A DNA stretch of 64,000 bases from Microbacteriaceae bacterium (GTDB taxonomy: Bacteria > Actinomycetota > Actinomycetes > Actinomycetales > Microbacteriaceae), in the NCBI GenBank assembly GCA_027487865.1, contig JAIYCT010000002.1, positions 91,038-155,037 on the forward strand, read 5' to 3'. The position numbers and the translations under genes were made by a program. The notes under the pieces were generated by a model. It made no database searches, had not been told where the DNA came from, and was given only the letters and a program-made list of their open reading frames with translations. This document shows positions 56,636 through 64,000 of the stretch, in pieces. Position 1 is the first letter of the stretch, and each line of letters opens with the position of its first letter.

Positions 56636-57148
56636 ATGGCAGACAAGAAGGCTACGGTCGCCGAGCTAAAGGACAAGTTCTCTAGCTCGAGTGCAGTAAT
56701 CCTTACTGAATACCGCGGACTCACAGTGACTCAGCTCAAGGAGCTGCGTCGCACATTGGCTAATGACGCAACCTACGTAGTTGCTAAGAACACCCTTCTA
56801 ACAATCGCAGCAAAGGAAGCAGGAGTATCTGCTTTCGACGGTCAGCTATTTGGACCATCTGCATTGGCATTTGTTCACGGAGACGCAGTTTCCGTAGCAA
56901 AGGCACTGAAGGACTTCGCAAAGGCAAACCCACTGCTAGTGGTAAAGACCGGTGTCATGGATGGCACTGCTCTTACCGAGGCAGAGGTTAAGAAGCTTGC
57001 GGACCTCGAGACTCGCGAAGTACTACTGGCCAAGGCCGCTGGTGCTCTAAAGGCCACGTTGTTCAAGGCTGCCTACACCTTCAACGCGCTTCCTTCGGGA
57101 ACCGTTCGCGTTGTCGACGCGTTGCGTCAAAAGCAAGAGTCCAAATAA
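56636..57148 (+). CDS. rplJ: 50S ribosomal protein L10
   Basis: 170 aa with a typical L10 N-terminus (KKATVAELKDKFSSSSAVILTEYRGLTV). Confidence 0.97.
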   Translation: MADKKATVAELKDKFSSSSAVILTEYRGLTVTQLKELRRTLANDATYVVAKNTLLTIAAKEAGVSAFDGQLFGPSALAFVHGDAVSVAKALKDFAKANPLLVVKTGVMDGTALTEAEVKKLADLETREVLLAKAAGALKATLFKAAYTFNALPSGTVRVVDALRQKQESK

Positions 57149-57178
57149 CAATCGTTCACAACCCATTAGGAGACACAA

Positions 57179-57559
57179 ATGGCAAAGCTATCTGCCGACC
57201 AGCTCATTGAGGCTTTCAAGGAGCTAACCCTTATCGAGCTTTCTGACTTCGTTAAGAAGTTCGAAGAGGTATTCGAAGTTTCTGCTGCTGCACCTGTTGC
57301 TGTTGCTGCTGCTGGCGCAGCTGCACCTGCTGAGGCTGCAGAAGAGAAGACCGAGTTCGACGTTGTACTAGAGGCCGCTGGTGACCAGAAGATTCAGGTC
57401 ATCAAGGAGGTTCGTGCAATCACCAACCTAGGTCTAGGTGAGGCAAAGGCTCTAGTTGATGGTGCACCTGCAACCATCCTCGAGGGTGCAAAGAAGGAAG
57501 TTGCTGAGGACGCTAAGGCAAAGCTAGAAGCTGCCGGCGGCAAGGTTACCCTAAAGTAA
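57179..57559 (+). CDS. rplL: 50S ribosomal protein L7/L12
   Basis: 126 aa with an Ala-rich hinge and the C-terminal domain [23 protein letters not shown]. Confidence 0.97.
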   Translation: MAKLSADQLIEAFKELTLIELSDFVKKFEEVFEVSAAAPVAVAAAGAAAPAEAAEEKTEFDVVLEAAGDQKIQVIKEVRAITNLGLGEAKALVDGAPATILEGAKKEVAEDAKAKLEAAGGKVTLK

Positions 57560-57579
57560 TCACCCCAAAGCAAAGATTG

Positions 57580-57611
57580 ATCCCCCAGGTTCACCTGGGG
57601 GATTTTCTTTT
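57580..57611 (+). terminator. rho-independent terminator after rplL
   Basis: Stem TCCCCCAGG (57581-57589) / CCTGGGGGA (57594-57602), loop TTCA, then TTTTCTTTT. Confidence 0.8.
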
Positions 57612-57662
57612 CCCTGTGGTTCCAAAAGCTATAAAGACACTCGCTTTATAGGCTGAACCCAA

Positions 57663-58241
57663 ATGGGACTCAAGAAGGCAATTACCGCTATCGCAGCCAT
57701 GCTGCTCGTGAGTCTTGCCCTGCCAGCTCAAGGGCTAAACCTTCCCCAAGCCCCAAGAGCGACGCCAGCGATCGAAGGTTCCCAGGCCAAGGCAGATAGC
57801 GTTATTAGAGTCGCCGGTTGGGACTTCAAAAAGGTCGAGCAAGTCCTCATTGATGACCTGCCAACCACCTTCCAGGCCTCCTCAAATACCTTGATCGCTA
57901 TCCGCATCCCACTTGGTACCAACCCAGGTGATGTCACAATCACCCTGGTCTCAAATAGCGGCAACACTAAATCTTCCTTCCAGATCGAAATCGTGTCGCT
58001 TGAGACCGAAAAAGATACCAAGGTTACCATCGGTTCGTTTTTGGGATACGTCGCCGTGTACACCAAAAATCTCTCCGGAGAAAAGCTCTCGATTCAGGTG
58101 GGTAATAAGTTCCGTGAGGTATCGGTTTTGGACAACAACTTCACTGCGAACCTCACCAAAGTGGGCGGCAATCGCCTGGTCGAAGTGAAGGTTTTTGTCG
58201 CAGGTCAACTGGTCGAATCGGCCATGGTTTTGGTTCGCTAA
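57663..58241 (+). CDS. secreted protein with an IPT/TIG-like Ig-fold segment, unknown function
   Basis: 192 aa with signal peptide MGLKKAITAIAAMLLVSLALPAQG. The IRVAGWDF...TLIAIRIPLGTNPGDVTITLVSNSG pattern resembles IPT/TIG. I saw no terminator before the giant ORF downstream. Confidence 0.55.
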   Translation: MGLKKAITAIAAMLLVSLALPAQGLNLPQAPRATPAIEGSQAKADSVIRVAGWDFKKVEQVLIDDLPTTFQASSNTLIAIRIPLGTNPGDVTITLVSNSGNTKSSFQIEIVSLETEKDTKVTIGSFLGYVAVYTKNLSGEKLSIQVGNKFREVSVLDNNFTANLTKVGGNRLVEVKVFVAGQLVESAMVLVR

Positions 58242-58382
58242 AAAACTCCCCAAAACCCCCCTTTCCAACGTGTCAAAACAGCTTCGGATACCCGTATCTA
58301 CGCGGAAGTGTGACCATGCCCCCTGCCTAAACTTGAAGGGCCTAAAGGGTGCGCTTTGCCGTGCCTGAAAACGAGAGAGATT

Positions 58383-61300
58383 ATGACCGAGCTGCAGTTA
58401 ACCAGAGGGGCAACCAAGTGGTTGCGATCCCTCGGCCTAGCTGCAATTGCGTTGCTCGTTGCAGCAGCAGTCTCCGTTACCAGCTTCTTGAGTGCCCAAT
58501 CTTCGGCTGACGGTTCTGCATCTGAAATCGACTATGCCTTACAGGTAAACCAAACGAACTACGCGAGCGGTGCTAACTCCATTGCCCTAGGCTCACAGGT
58601 TGCGTGGGAAGCCTGGATCAACCCGACCAGCTATGACAGCAGTTTCGGCACCTTCTTAGTGAAGGAAGCGAGTTTCATTTTCGCCATCAGAGGGGGGACC
58701 CTTTGGTGGCACGCGGCCAATGGAAGCGCTTGGGTCGGCACGTGGATGGACAGTGGAATTCCAATCGCAATGAATCGATGGACCCACTTCGGTGCGTCAA
58801 TGAATGGCAGCAGCCTCACCTTCTTCATCGACGGACAGGAGAGAGGGACTTTCTCAACCTCATTCAGCACAATCGCAACTAACGCCTCTTGGCCAATTAC
58901 GGTTGGGTCACGCGGCGGCGAGCACATGGTTGGCCAAATCGACGAGGTGAAGATTTGGACTACCACCAGAACCGCTGCCCAAATGGCCCAGAGCATGCAC
59001 AGCAAGGTCTCCGGATCCTCCACCGGACTTGCCGCCTACTGGGATTTCAATGAACCTTCGGGAGCTACGGTCTTCAACCGAACCGGTTCCAACAACCTTA
59101 GCTTTGTCGGCACACCGACAAGGGTTGACGTTAAGCGAATAACCGGGCTCGACACTGGTGAGACCGTCATCACTTTCCCAAGAACCTACCTTCCAGGCAA
59201 TGGAACTTGGAAACCGCCAGCAGCAGCCAAGAACATGAGTGCCCTCGTGGTTGCCGGTGGCGGTGGTGGCGGTGGCCAGCTAGACGCCGGTGGCGGTGGC
59301 GGTGGCGGTGTCATTTCATTCGCAAGCATTTCGATCACCTCATCAACTCCAATCGTTGTTGGTCAAGGTGGCCCTGGTGGCTGGAATGAGGCATCTGTAA
59401 GAAACCACGGCTTGAATGGTCAAGACACACTACTCGGAACCATTAGAGCACTGGGTGGCGGTGGCGGTGGTGGTTATGGCTGGCCAATTAACCTCGACCG
59501 TGCTCTTGGATATTCAGGTGGATCTAGCGGTGGTCACGCCGAACAGAACGCGATTCGGTCGGGCGTTGCGGGGCTACAGACAACAGACGCTGCGACATAT
59601 GCAGGTGGTGTCGAATACGGAAATGCTTCTGGAGCAACAATTGCAGATGCTCTGGCAGGTTCTGGTGGTGGTGGTGCAGCTGGTGCTGGTGGCGCTGTAA
59701 CCGTAAAGAACAACGGTGGTGCCGGAGGTGCCGGTGTTCTGAATACAATTCGCGGCTTTTCCAACTACTACGGTGCTGGTGGTGGTGGTGCCGATCGATC
59801 TGGATTCGGCGAAGTTGGCGGCTCTGGCGTTGGTGGCAATGGTGGCGGGCCTTCTGGGGCTCGCACGGCGGGAGCAACTAACACAGGTTCAGGTGGTGGT
59901 GGTGCTTACGAATCTTTTGGTGGCGACGGTGGCTCCGGTGTAGTCATCATTCGATACACGCCAACTGAAGACCGCGCATGGTTCCAGCAAGCAGATCCAT
60001 CCAAGCACCTCAGCTACGACGGCTACGTGATACCGAACACCGATAACAGCAGCTTTATGGTTGCGATGTGGATTAAGCCTGACCTATCGAATACAGACCT
60101 CTATCAAGGGCTTTGGTCGCAAAGTACTTACAACGATGGCAACACCCGTTACGCGTTTTATCGAATGTCCAACGGAAACTACTTGCTCGACATGGGAGGT
60201 GCAGATACAACTTTCACACCGAACATACCGGTGAGTGGCGAATGGACACATGTCGCCATTGAGGTTGTGCACCCTTCGGTTTACCTCTACATAAATGGTG
60301 AGCTAGCTGCCCAGGTCAATAACTACGGAACCAGGAGCCGACCCGGTGGAAAATTCACAGTAGGTGCCGTACTGGCTGATGGTGGAAATCGTTTTACCGG
60401 CTGGATTGATGAAGTAAAGGTCATGACTGGAGGTACCCCTGGTCAAACCAACATCCGTAACATGATGCACACCTATGGCTATGTGGGTGGCTTGCAGGCC
60501 TATTACGACTTCAATGAATTCCACGAGAACACGGTTGTAGATCGCAACGGTAGTGCACGCAATTTGATTCCTACGGCAACTGGCATTTGGACTTCCGAAA
60601 CCGTCACTTCATCACAAATCGTTGAATATGGCAGTGCATACGGCACACAGACGACTGCCAAGTTCATGCGTAGCTACCTAACCGGTGCCGGGGGTTGGAC
60701 GACTCCAAGTGGCGTATCCGCCATGAAGGCACTTGTCGTGGCTGGCGGCGGTGGTGGTGGTGGTGGGCCGAGCGGTAATCACTCAAACGGTGGTGGTGGA
60801 GGTGCTGGAGGTTTTAGGGTCACCGAATCAATCTCAGTTGCACCGTCCACGCAGGTTTCAGTAATTGTTGGCCATGGAGGCACTGGGGCTCGCCTCAACA
60901 ATCTCGATAACGCCTACTCTCGGGAACCAAGCAATGGTGGCAACTCCCAATTCGGAAGCATGACCTCAGCTGGCGGCGGTGCTGGCGGTCACATGACGAC
61001 AATCGGCACCATGATCGCCGCAACTTCAGGAGGCTCTGGTGGTGGTGGTGGTGCTCAGGCCAACGTCATCTACCCAATTTCTGGTGCCGCTGGAACGACT
61101 GGTCAAGGTAATGCCGGTGGAAATGGTTTCAACTGGGACAATGCCTTCCAGTCCTCAGGTGGAGGTGGTGGCGCAGGTTCGGTCGGTGAGGCTGCTAACA
61201 AGGCTGCTAACCGCTCTGGTAATGGTGGATCTGGCCTGTCCTCGAGCATTACTGGCACGAGCGTTCCTTACGCTGGCGGCGGCGGCGGCGGTTCCCGATC

Positions 61301-64000
61301 CTCGTCCAATGCCGGAACCGGCGGAGCAGGAGGCGGCGGCAACGGAGCCAAGATGGGTGACGGATCTCCCGCAACTGCAGGACGTGGTGGCGGTGGAGGT
61401 GGCGGAAGCCTAAATGGTGGAAGCGGCGGCTCTGGAGTTGTTGTCTTGTCATGGGGAGGAACCCTTGATGTCGCGCAGACTCCCACTGCAGTTCGACCGG
61501 GACAAGCTTTTGCAAGGGCACTCCAAATACAACTAACTGATGCTTCCGGTAATCGGACTACATCCAATGGCAATGTAACGCTTACTGCGTCTGCTGGAGT
61601 GCTGCAGATCAACGGCTCAACTCTTACTCAATCTCTGACCGTGGCTGCTGTCAACGGCGTTGCTACGTTCAACAATGTGGGCTATACGAGCACAGTTACA
61701 AGTCCTCAGACCTTAACTTTCACCGCCGATGGATTTGTGGGCACCTCTACAACTATTGCAATCACTTACATGCCGGGCAACGTGAATATCGCGAACGGAG
61801 TGACCACCCAGGGAACGTTTGTTGATGGCCTGTTCTACGCATCTACAACATCAGGAACAACGAACATTTTGGCTTCTGATCTGGTTCGCCACATGGCGAG
61901 TTTCTCAACAGTTATCTCAGCCTCGGGAAACATCAGCGTCTCTGCAGATGTGACAACCTCTGCAACAGCCAGCTTGACCCTTCGAGCAGCTGGAAGCATC
62001 TCACTCTCGCCGAATGTCGATATGGTGCTCAATGGCGGCAACCTAATCCTTTGGTCTGACTCAGATAACAATGGAGCTGGCTACTTCAGAGCCGAACAGG
62101 GCGTCGTTCTGAATACCGTCGGTGGCAGCACGACAGCTTTGACTGGTGGTGGACACATATACATAGCTGGTGGTTTGGATACCAACAGTGATGGCCTGCC
62201 TGACGGTTCTGCTCGAAGTGTGGCAAGCACCAACAAGGGAGACGCTGTATGGATCGGTGCGGACAGCACAGCCAACGCCTTCTCCGCATACTCCGGCGGC
62301 GGTGACATCGTCGTCAGGGGTGACGCCTCTAGGCATATCGGTGTCAACATCAACGGCCAGATCACGATGAAGGCTGGCAATGGCCGACTCATCATTGCCG
62401 CCACCACAAGTTCTACTACCAGTGCCGAAGGTAACAACACCCACGCTCTCGAGGTACTTGCCTACTCTGGTTACCCGAGTTTGTATGAAAGCTATAGCTC
62501 TCACAGCCAAGCAATTTCTATCACCGGAACTTCAACTGCCAATAACACCGATACCTTCGGCGTCTCGTTCCTGTTTGGGTCGAACTCGAGTAACACGGTT
62601 ATTTCGAGTAAGGGCACCGGTGGTGTCTACATTTCTGGTTCGAGCTCCGCAACCGACATACAGCCCGTGAGATTAGACAAAGTCACTATTCACGCTGTGA
62701 CCTCATCGATTGTTATTGAGGCCCGCGGCTCAGGATCTGCCAACGACAAGTCTGTTTTGCATTTCGTGGATGCCAACAGCAACATCGGCGCTTCGGGAGC
62801 CCTTACCTCTTCGGCGAACATCATTCTCCGGGCCGATGAATTTATGGGCTGGGCGGGAACCCTTGCCCTTAGCACTTCAGGAAAGGTAACCGTTGAGCCT
62901 TTCAACGATTCCTTCTCCGGCTGGTTTAACTTCCTGTCATTCTTCGACCCATCAAGCGCAGTCACTGAGCTGACCATCGGTAAGCCCGGAAGAGTTTCTG
63001 GTAGTGCCGTAGTTTCTCAGAGTGCTCACGCAATTTCTATCAGCCGAGCAGTAAGCATCAATGGGCCAATTGGTGTTTACGGCTCAGTGGTTTCGATAAA
63101 CGAGAACATAACCACAACGGCTGTTGGTGCCGCCATAACATTGCGAGCCAGTTCTTACATTCACGTAACAAGCTCTAAGCAGGTTCGAACAGCTGGTGGA
63201 AACATCGTGCTTTGGGCGGATAGCGACAACAACTCAGCCGGCTTCGTGCGATTGCTAGGTGGAGCAACGCTCTGCTCCACCGCTGGAACTTGCGGCACTG
63301 CGACCACTGGCGGTGGAGACATTGTTATCGGTGGAGGCTCGGCGAGCACAACCAGTCCAACCCAGCCTGGCGGAGCTGCGGCTGGCAGTGGTTCGACATA
63401 CAACACCACTGGAGGGGCTGACACCACTGGTGTCCAGCTTGGCACCATGGGCGTTGGGGGAAGTGGAGCAAAGCTTTACTCCGCCGGCGGAAACATTCGA
63501 GTTTACGGCCGCATGCACTCCAGCCCCGGTGCCGCATGGGCCGCAGGTATTGCCGTAGTAGGTGGAACTGAGATTCTCTCAGGCACGGGCAAGATCAACC
63601 TGATTGGTGAGACAACATCCGCTGGTGGCACAGGTCCAGATGGCACTATGGAAATCAACGCTTGGAGCGGAACTGTCAATCTGACTTCGCTTTCCACCGC
63701 CTCTGATGCGATTTTGATCGAGGGTCGACAGGTTGGTTCCGGTGCAGCCGATTACGGCATTTGGGGAGGTAACGATGGAACCTCATTCACCGCACCCGGT
63801 GGAGTGGTTATTCGTGCAGATCACATAAGCCATGGCCTAGAGGCAACAATCAGCACCAGCGGTCAAATTGTGCTTGAGCCTCAGGGCACTGCGTTTAGAA
63901 CTTCGGCTGCCTCAACTAACTTCGTACCAAAATTCGGTGCTGATGACGATCTGAAATTCACAGGCAATCCGACGGGCTTGCGTGTGGGTTCGGCATCGAA
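58383..64000 (+). CDS. giant secreted surface-type protein, 3'-truncated by the window end (at least 1872 codons): signal peptide, 2 x [LamG lectin-like + glycine-rich domain], Ig-like domain, beta-helix-type repeats
   Basis: Translated by hand codon by codon. The frame is open from the last in-frame stop (TGA 58311-58313) to nt 64000. ATG 58383 is preceded by GAGAGAGA; TTG 58356 is an alternative start. It is absent from the ORF track because no stop lies in the window. Protein content is coherent throughout. Confidence 0.9.
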   Translation, partial: MTELQLTRGATKWLRSLGLAAIALLVAAAVSVTSFLSAQSSADGSASEIDYALQVNQTNYASGANSIALGSQVAWEAWINPTSYDSSFGTFLVKEASFIFAIRGGTLWWHAANGSAWVGTWMDSGIPIAMNRWTHFGASMNGSSLTFFIDGQERGTFSTSFSTIATNASWPITVGSRGGEHMVGQIDEVKIWTTTRTAAQMAQSMHSKVSGSSTGLAAYWDFNEPSGATVFNRTGSNNLSFVGTPTRVDVKRITGLDTGETVITFPRTYLPGNGTWKPPAAAKNMSALVVAGGGGGGGQLDAGGGGGGGVISFASISITSSTPIVVGQGGPGGWNEASVRNHGLNGQDTLLGTIRALGGGGGGGYGWPINLDRALGYSGGSSGGHAEQNAIRSGVAGLQTTDAATYAGGVEYGNASGATIADALAGSGGGGAAGAGGAVTVKNNGGAGGAGVLNTIRGFSNYYGAGGGGADRSGFGEVGGSGVGGNGGGPSGARTAGATNTGSGGGGAYESFGGDGGSGVVIIRYTPTEDRAWFQQADPSKHLSYDGYVIPNTDNSSFMVAMWIKPDLSNTDLYQGLWSQSTYNDGNTRYAFYRMSNGNYLLDMGGADTTFTPNIPVSGEWTHVAIEVVHPSVYLYINGELAAQVNNYGTRSRPGGKFTVGAVLADGGNRFTGWIDEVKVMTGGTPGQTNIRNMMHTYGYVGGLQAYYDFNEFHENTVVDRNGSARNLIPTATGIWTSETVTSSQIVEYGSAYGTQTTAKFMRSYLTGAGGWTTPSGVSAMKALVVAGGGGGGGGPSGNHSNGGGGGAGGFRVTESISVAPSTQVSVIVGHGGTGARLNNLDNAYSREPSNGGNSQFGSMTSAGGGAGGHMTTIGTMIAATSGGSGGGGGAQANVIYPISGAAGTTGQGNAGGNGFNWDNAFQSSGGGGGAGSVGEAANKAANRSGNGGSGLSSSITGTSVPYAGGGGGGSRSSSNAGTGGAGGGGNGAKMGDGSPATAGRGGGGGGGSLNGGSGGSGVVVLSWGGTLDVAQTPTAVRPGQAFARALQIQLTDASGNRTTSNGNVTLTASAGVLQINGSTLTQSLTVAAVNGVATFNNVGYTSTVTSPQTLTFTADGFVGTSTTIAITYMPGNVNIANGVTTQGTFVDGLFYASTTSGTTNILASDLVRHMASFSTVISASGNISVSADVTTSATASLTLRAAGSISLSPNVDMVLNGGNLILWSDSDNNGAGYFRAEQGVVLNTVGGSTTALTGGGHIYIAGGLDTNSDGLPDGSARSVASTNKGDAVWIGADSTANAFSAYSGGGDIVVRGDASRHIGVNINGQITMKAGNGRLIIAATTSSTTSAEGNNTHALEVLAYSGYPSLYESYSSHSQAISITGTSTANNTDTFGVSFLFGSNSSNTVISSKGTGGVYISGSSSATDIQPVRLDKVTIHAVTSSIVIEARGSGSANDKSVLHFVDANSNIGASGALTSSANIILRADEFMGWAGTLALSTSGKVTVEPFNDSFSGWFNFLSFFDPSSAVTELTIGKPGRVSGSAVVSQSAHAISISRAVSINGPIGVYGSVVSINENITTTAVGAAITLRASSYIHVTSSKQVRTAGGNIVLWADSDNNSAGFVRLLGGATLCSTAGTCGTATTGGGDIVIGGGSASTTSPTQPGGAAAGSGSTYNTTGGADTTGVQLGTMGVGGSGAKLYSAGGNIRVYGRMHSSPGAAWAAGIAVVGGTEILSGTGKINLIGETTSAGGTGPDGTMEINAWSGTVNLTSLSTASDAILIEGRQVGSGAADYGIWGGNDGTSFTAPGGVVIRADHISHGLEATISTSGQIVLEPQGTAFRTSAASTNFVPKFGADDDLKFTGNPTGLRVGSAS
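58524..59061 (+). other. LamG/concanavalin-like domain 1 of the giant ORF
   Basis: VAWEAWINPTSY...FIFAIRGGTLWWHAANGSAWVG...NRWTHFGASMNGSSLTFFIDGQE...GQIDEVKIWTTTRTAAQM...YWDFNE follows the typical Laminin_G_3-type pattern. Confidence 0.7.
59139..59963 (+). other. glycine-rich domain 1 of the giant ORF
   Basis: It opens ITFPRTYLPGNGTWKPPAAAKNMSALVVAGGGGGGG and closes GGDGGSGVVIIRYTP, with many GGxGG runs between short beta-strand-like segments. Confidence 0.65.
59256..59309 (+). repeat. two heptaglycine codon tracts (GGT/GGC)7 separated by 12 nt
   Basis: 59256-59276 and 59289-59309. This simple-sequence triplet repeat generates proline/tryptophan/arginine-rich artefact ORFs in other frames. 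Confidence 0.9.
60003..60518 (+). other. LamG/concanavalin-like domain 2 of the giant ORF
   Basis: FMVAMWIKPD...YAFYRMSNGNYLLDMGG...GEWTHVAIEVVHPSVYLYINGEL...GWIDEVKVMTGG...YYDFNE is paralogous to domain 1. Confidence 0.7.
60663..61460 (+). other. glycine-rich domain 2 of the giant ORF
   Basis: It opens FMRSYLTGAGGWTTPSGVSAMKALVVAGGGGGGGG and closes GGSGGSGVVVLSWGG. Gly tracts lie at 60744-60767, 61275-61292 and 61386-61406. Confidence 0.65.
61461..61769 (+). other. Ig-like (bacterial Big-type) domain of the giant ORF
   Basis: TLDVAQTPTAVRPGQAFARALQIQLTDASGNRTTSNGNVTLTASAG...VAAVNGVATFNNVGY...LTFTADGF...IAITY follows a beta-sandwich pattern. Confidence 0.55.
61770..64000 (+). repeat. beta-helix-type region built from divergent repeat units of about 387 aa
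   Basis: The landmark motif (L/I)TLRA...GGN(L/I)(I/V)LW(S/A)DSDNN(G/S)AG(Y/F)(F/V)R occurs at 62031-62090 and 63192-63251, 1161 nt apart. Each is followed by a TGGG(H/D)I(Y/V)I(A/G)GG segment. The composition is Gly/Ser/Thr/Asn-rich and strand-like. Confidence 0.6.

Noticed and set aside
59256-61406. Regularly spaced GGTGGCGGTGG-type repeats that could be mistaken for a CRISPR-like or minisatellite array.
   Set aside because: They are in-frame polyglycine codon tracts inside a coding region. They are irregularly spaced and lack the repeat/unique-spacer alternation of a CRISPR array.
58631-63697. 22 short ORFs listed by the track on both strands across 58.6-63.7 kb. They include a proline-rich ORF (61268-61612, minus), His/Arg-rich ORFs (59524-59877, minus; 61249-61521, minus) and Trp/Arg-rich ORFs (59207-59389, plus).
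   Set aside because: All lie inside the single long open frame starting at 58383. Their odd compositions are what (GGT/GGC)n and Gly/Ser/Thr codons give when read in other frames or in antisense. None has its own ribosome-binding site or recognisable motifs.

Overview
This is a tightly packed core-chromosome segment of an actinobacterium (Actinomycetota) with moderate GC by eye (not computed). From memory, the gene order mirrors the Mycobacterium tuberculosis Rv0500-Rv0652 neighbourhood. In order it holds radA, proC plus the 32-aa ribosomal protein bS22, the ccs cytochrome c maturation genes (thiol-disulfide oxidoreductase, ccdA, resB, ccsB), and a near-complete menaquinone set (menC/B/E/A/D/F/G plus a polyprenyl synthase and an FprA-type reductase). 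These are followed by manA, yajQ, a LacI regulator, tRNA-Tyr, MFS and MMPL transporters, and an alpha-glucoside/maltodextrin locus (GH13 hydrolase, two binding proteins, MalF/G-like permeases). The window ends with tRNA-Thr/Met, a compact P450, hadAB-like dehydratases, murB, tRNA-Trp-secE-nusG-rplK-rplA, a roughly 9-kb interruption, and rplJ-rplL. I saw no rRNA, CRISPR array, transposase or integrase. Ten convergent junctions (nine gene pairs plus the tRNA-Met 3' end) physically overlap.

The most notable feature is absent from the supplied ORF track because it has no stop codon inside the window. It is a hand-verified open frame of at least 1872 codons, running from ATG 58383 to the window end. 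It encodes a secreted protein with two tandem LamG plus glycine-rich modules, an Ig-like domain and long beta-helix-type repeats. The 22 short ORFs the track lists in that region are shadows of it.

Other items not in the track or worth a second look:
- the bS22 micro-gene
- four tRNAs
- LacI-type operators in the agl/malE divergent region and at the lacI-family gene
- a duplicated tRNA-Tyr flank/terminator bracketing a small cassette
- an L10 leader with an attenuator
- 39-nt tandem repeats in a DEAD-box helicase
- a Cas4-like/RNase H-like TM0106-family nuclease
- an archaeal-type AspRS
- strong CTA-Leu preference in ribosomal protein genes

All family assignments come from motif recognition by eye. 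No database search was run.
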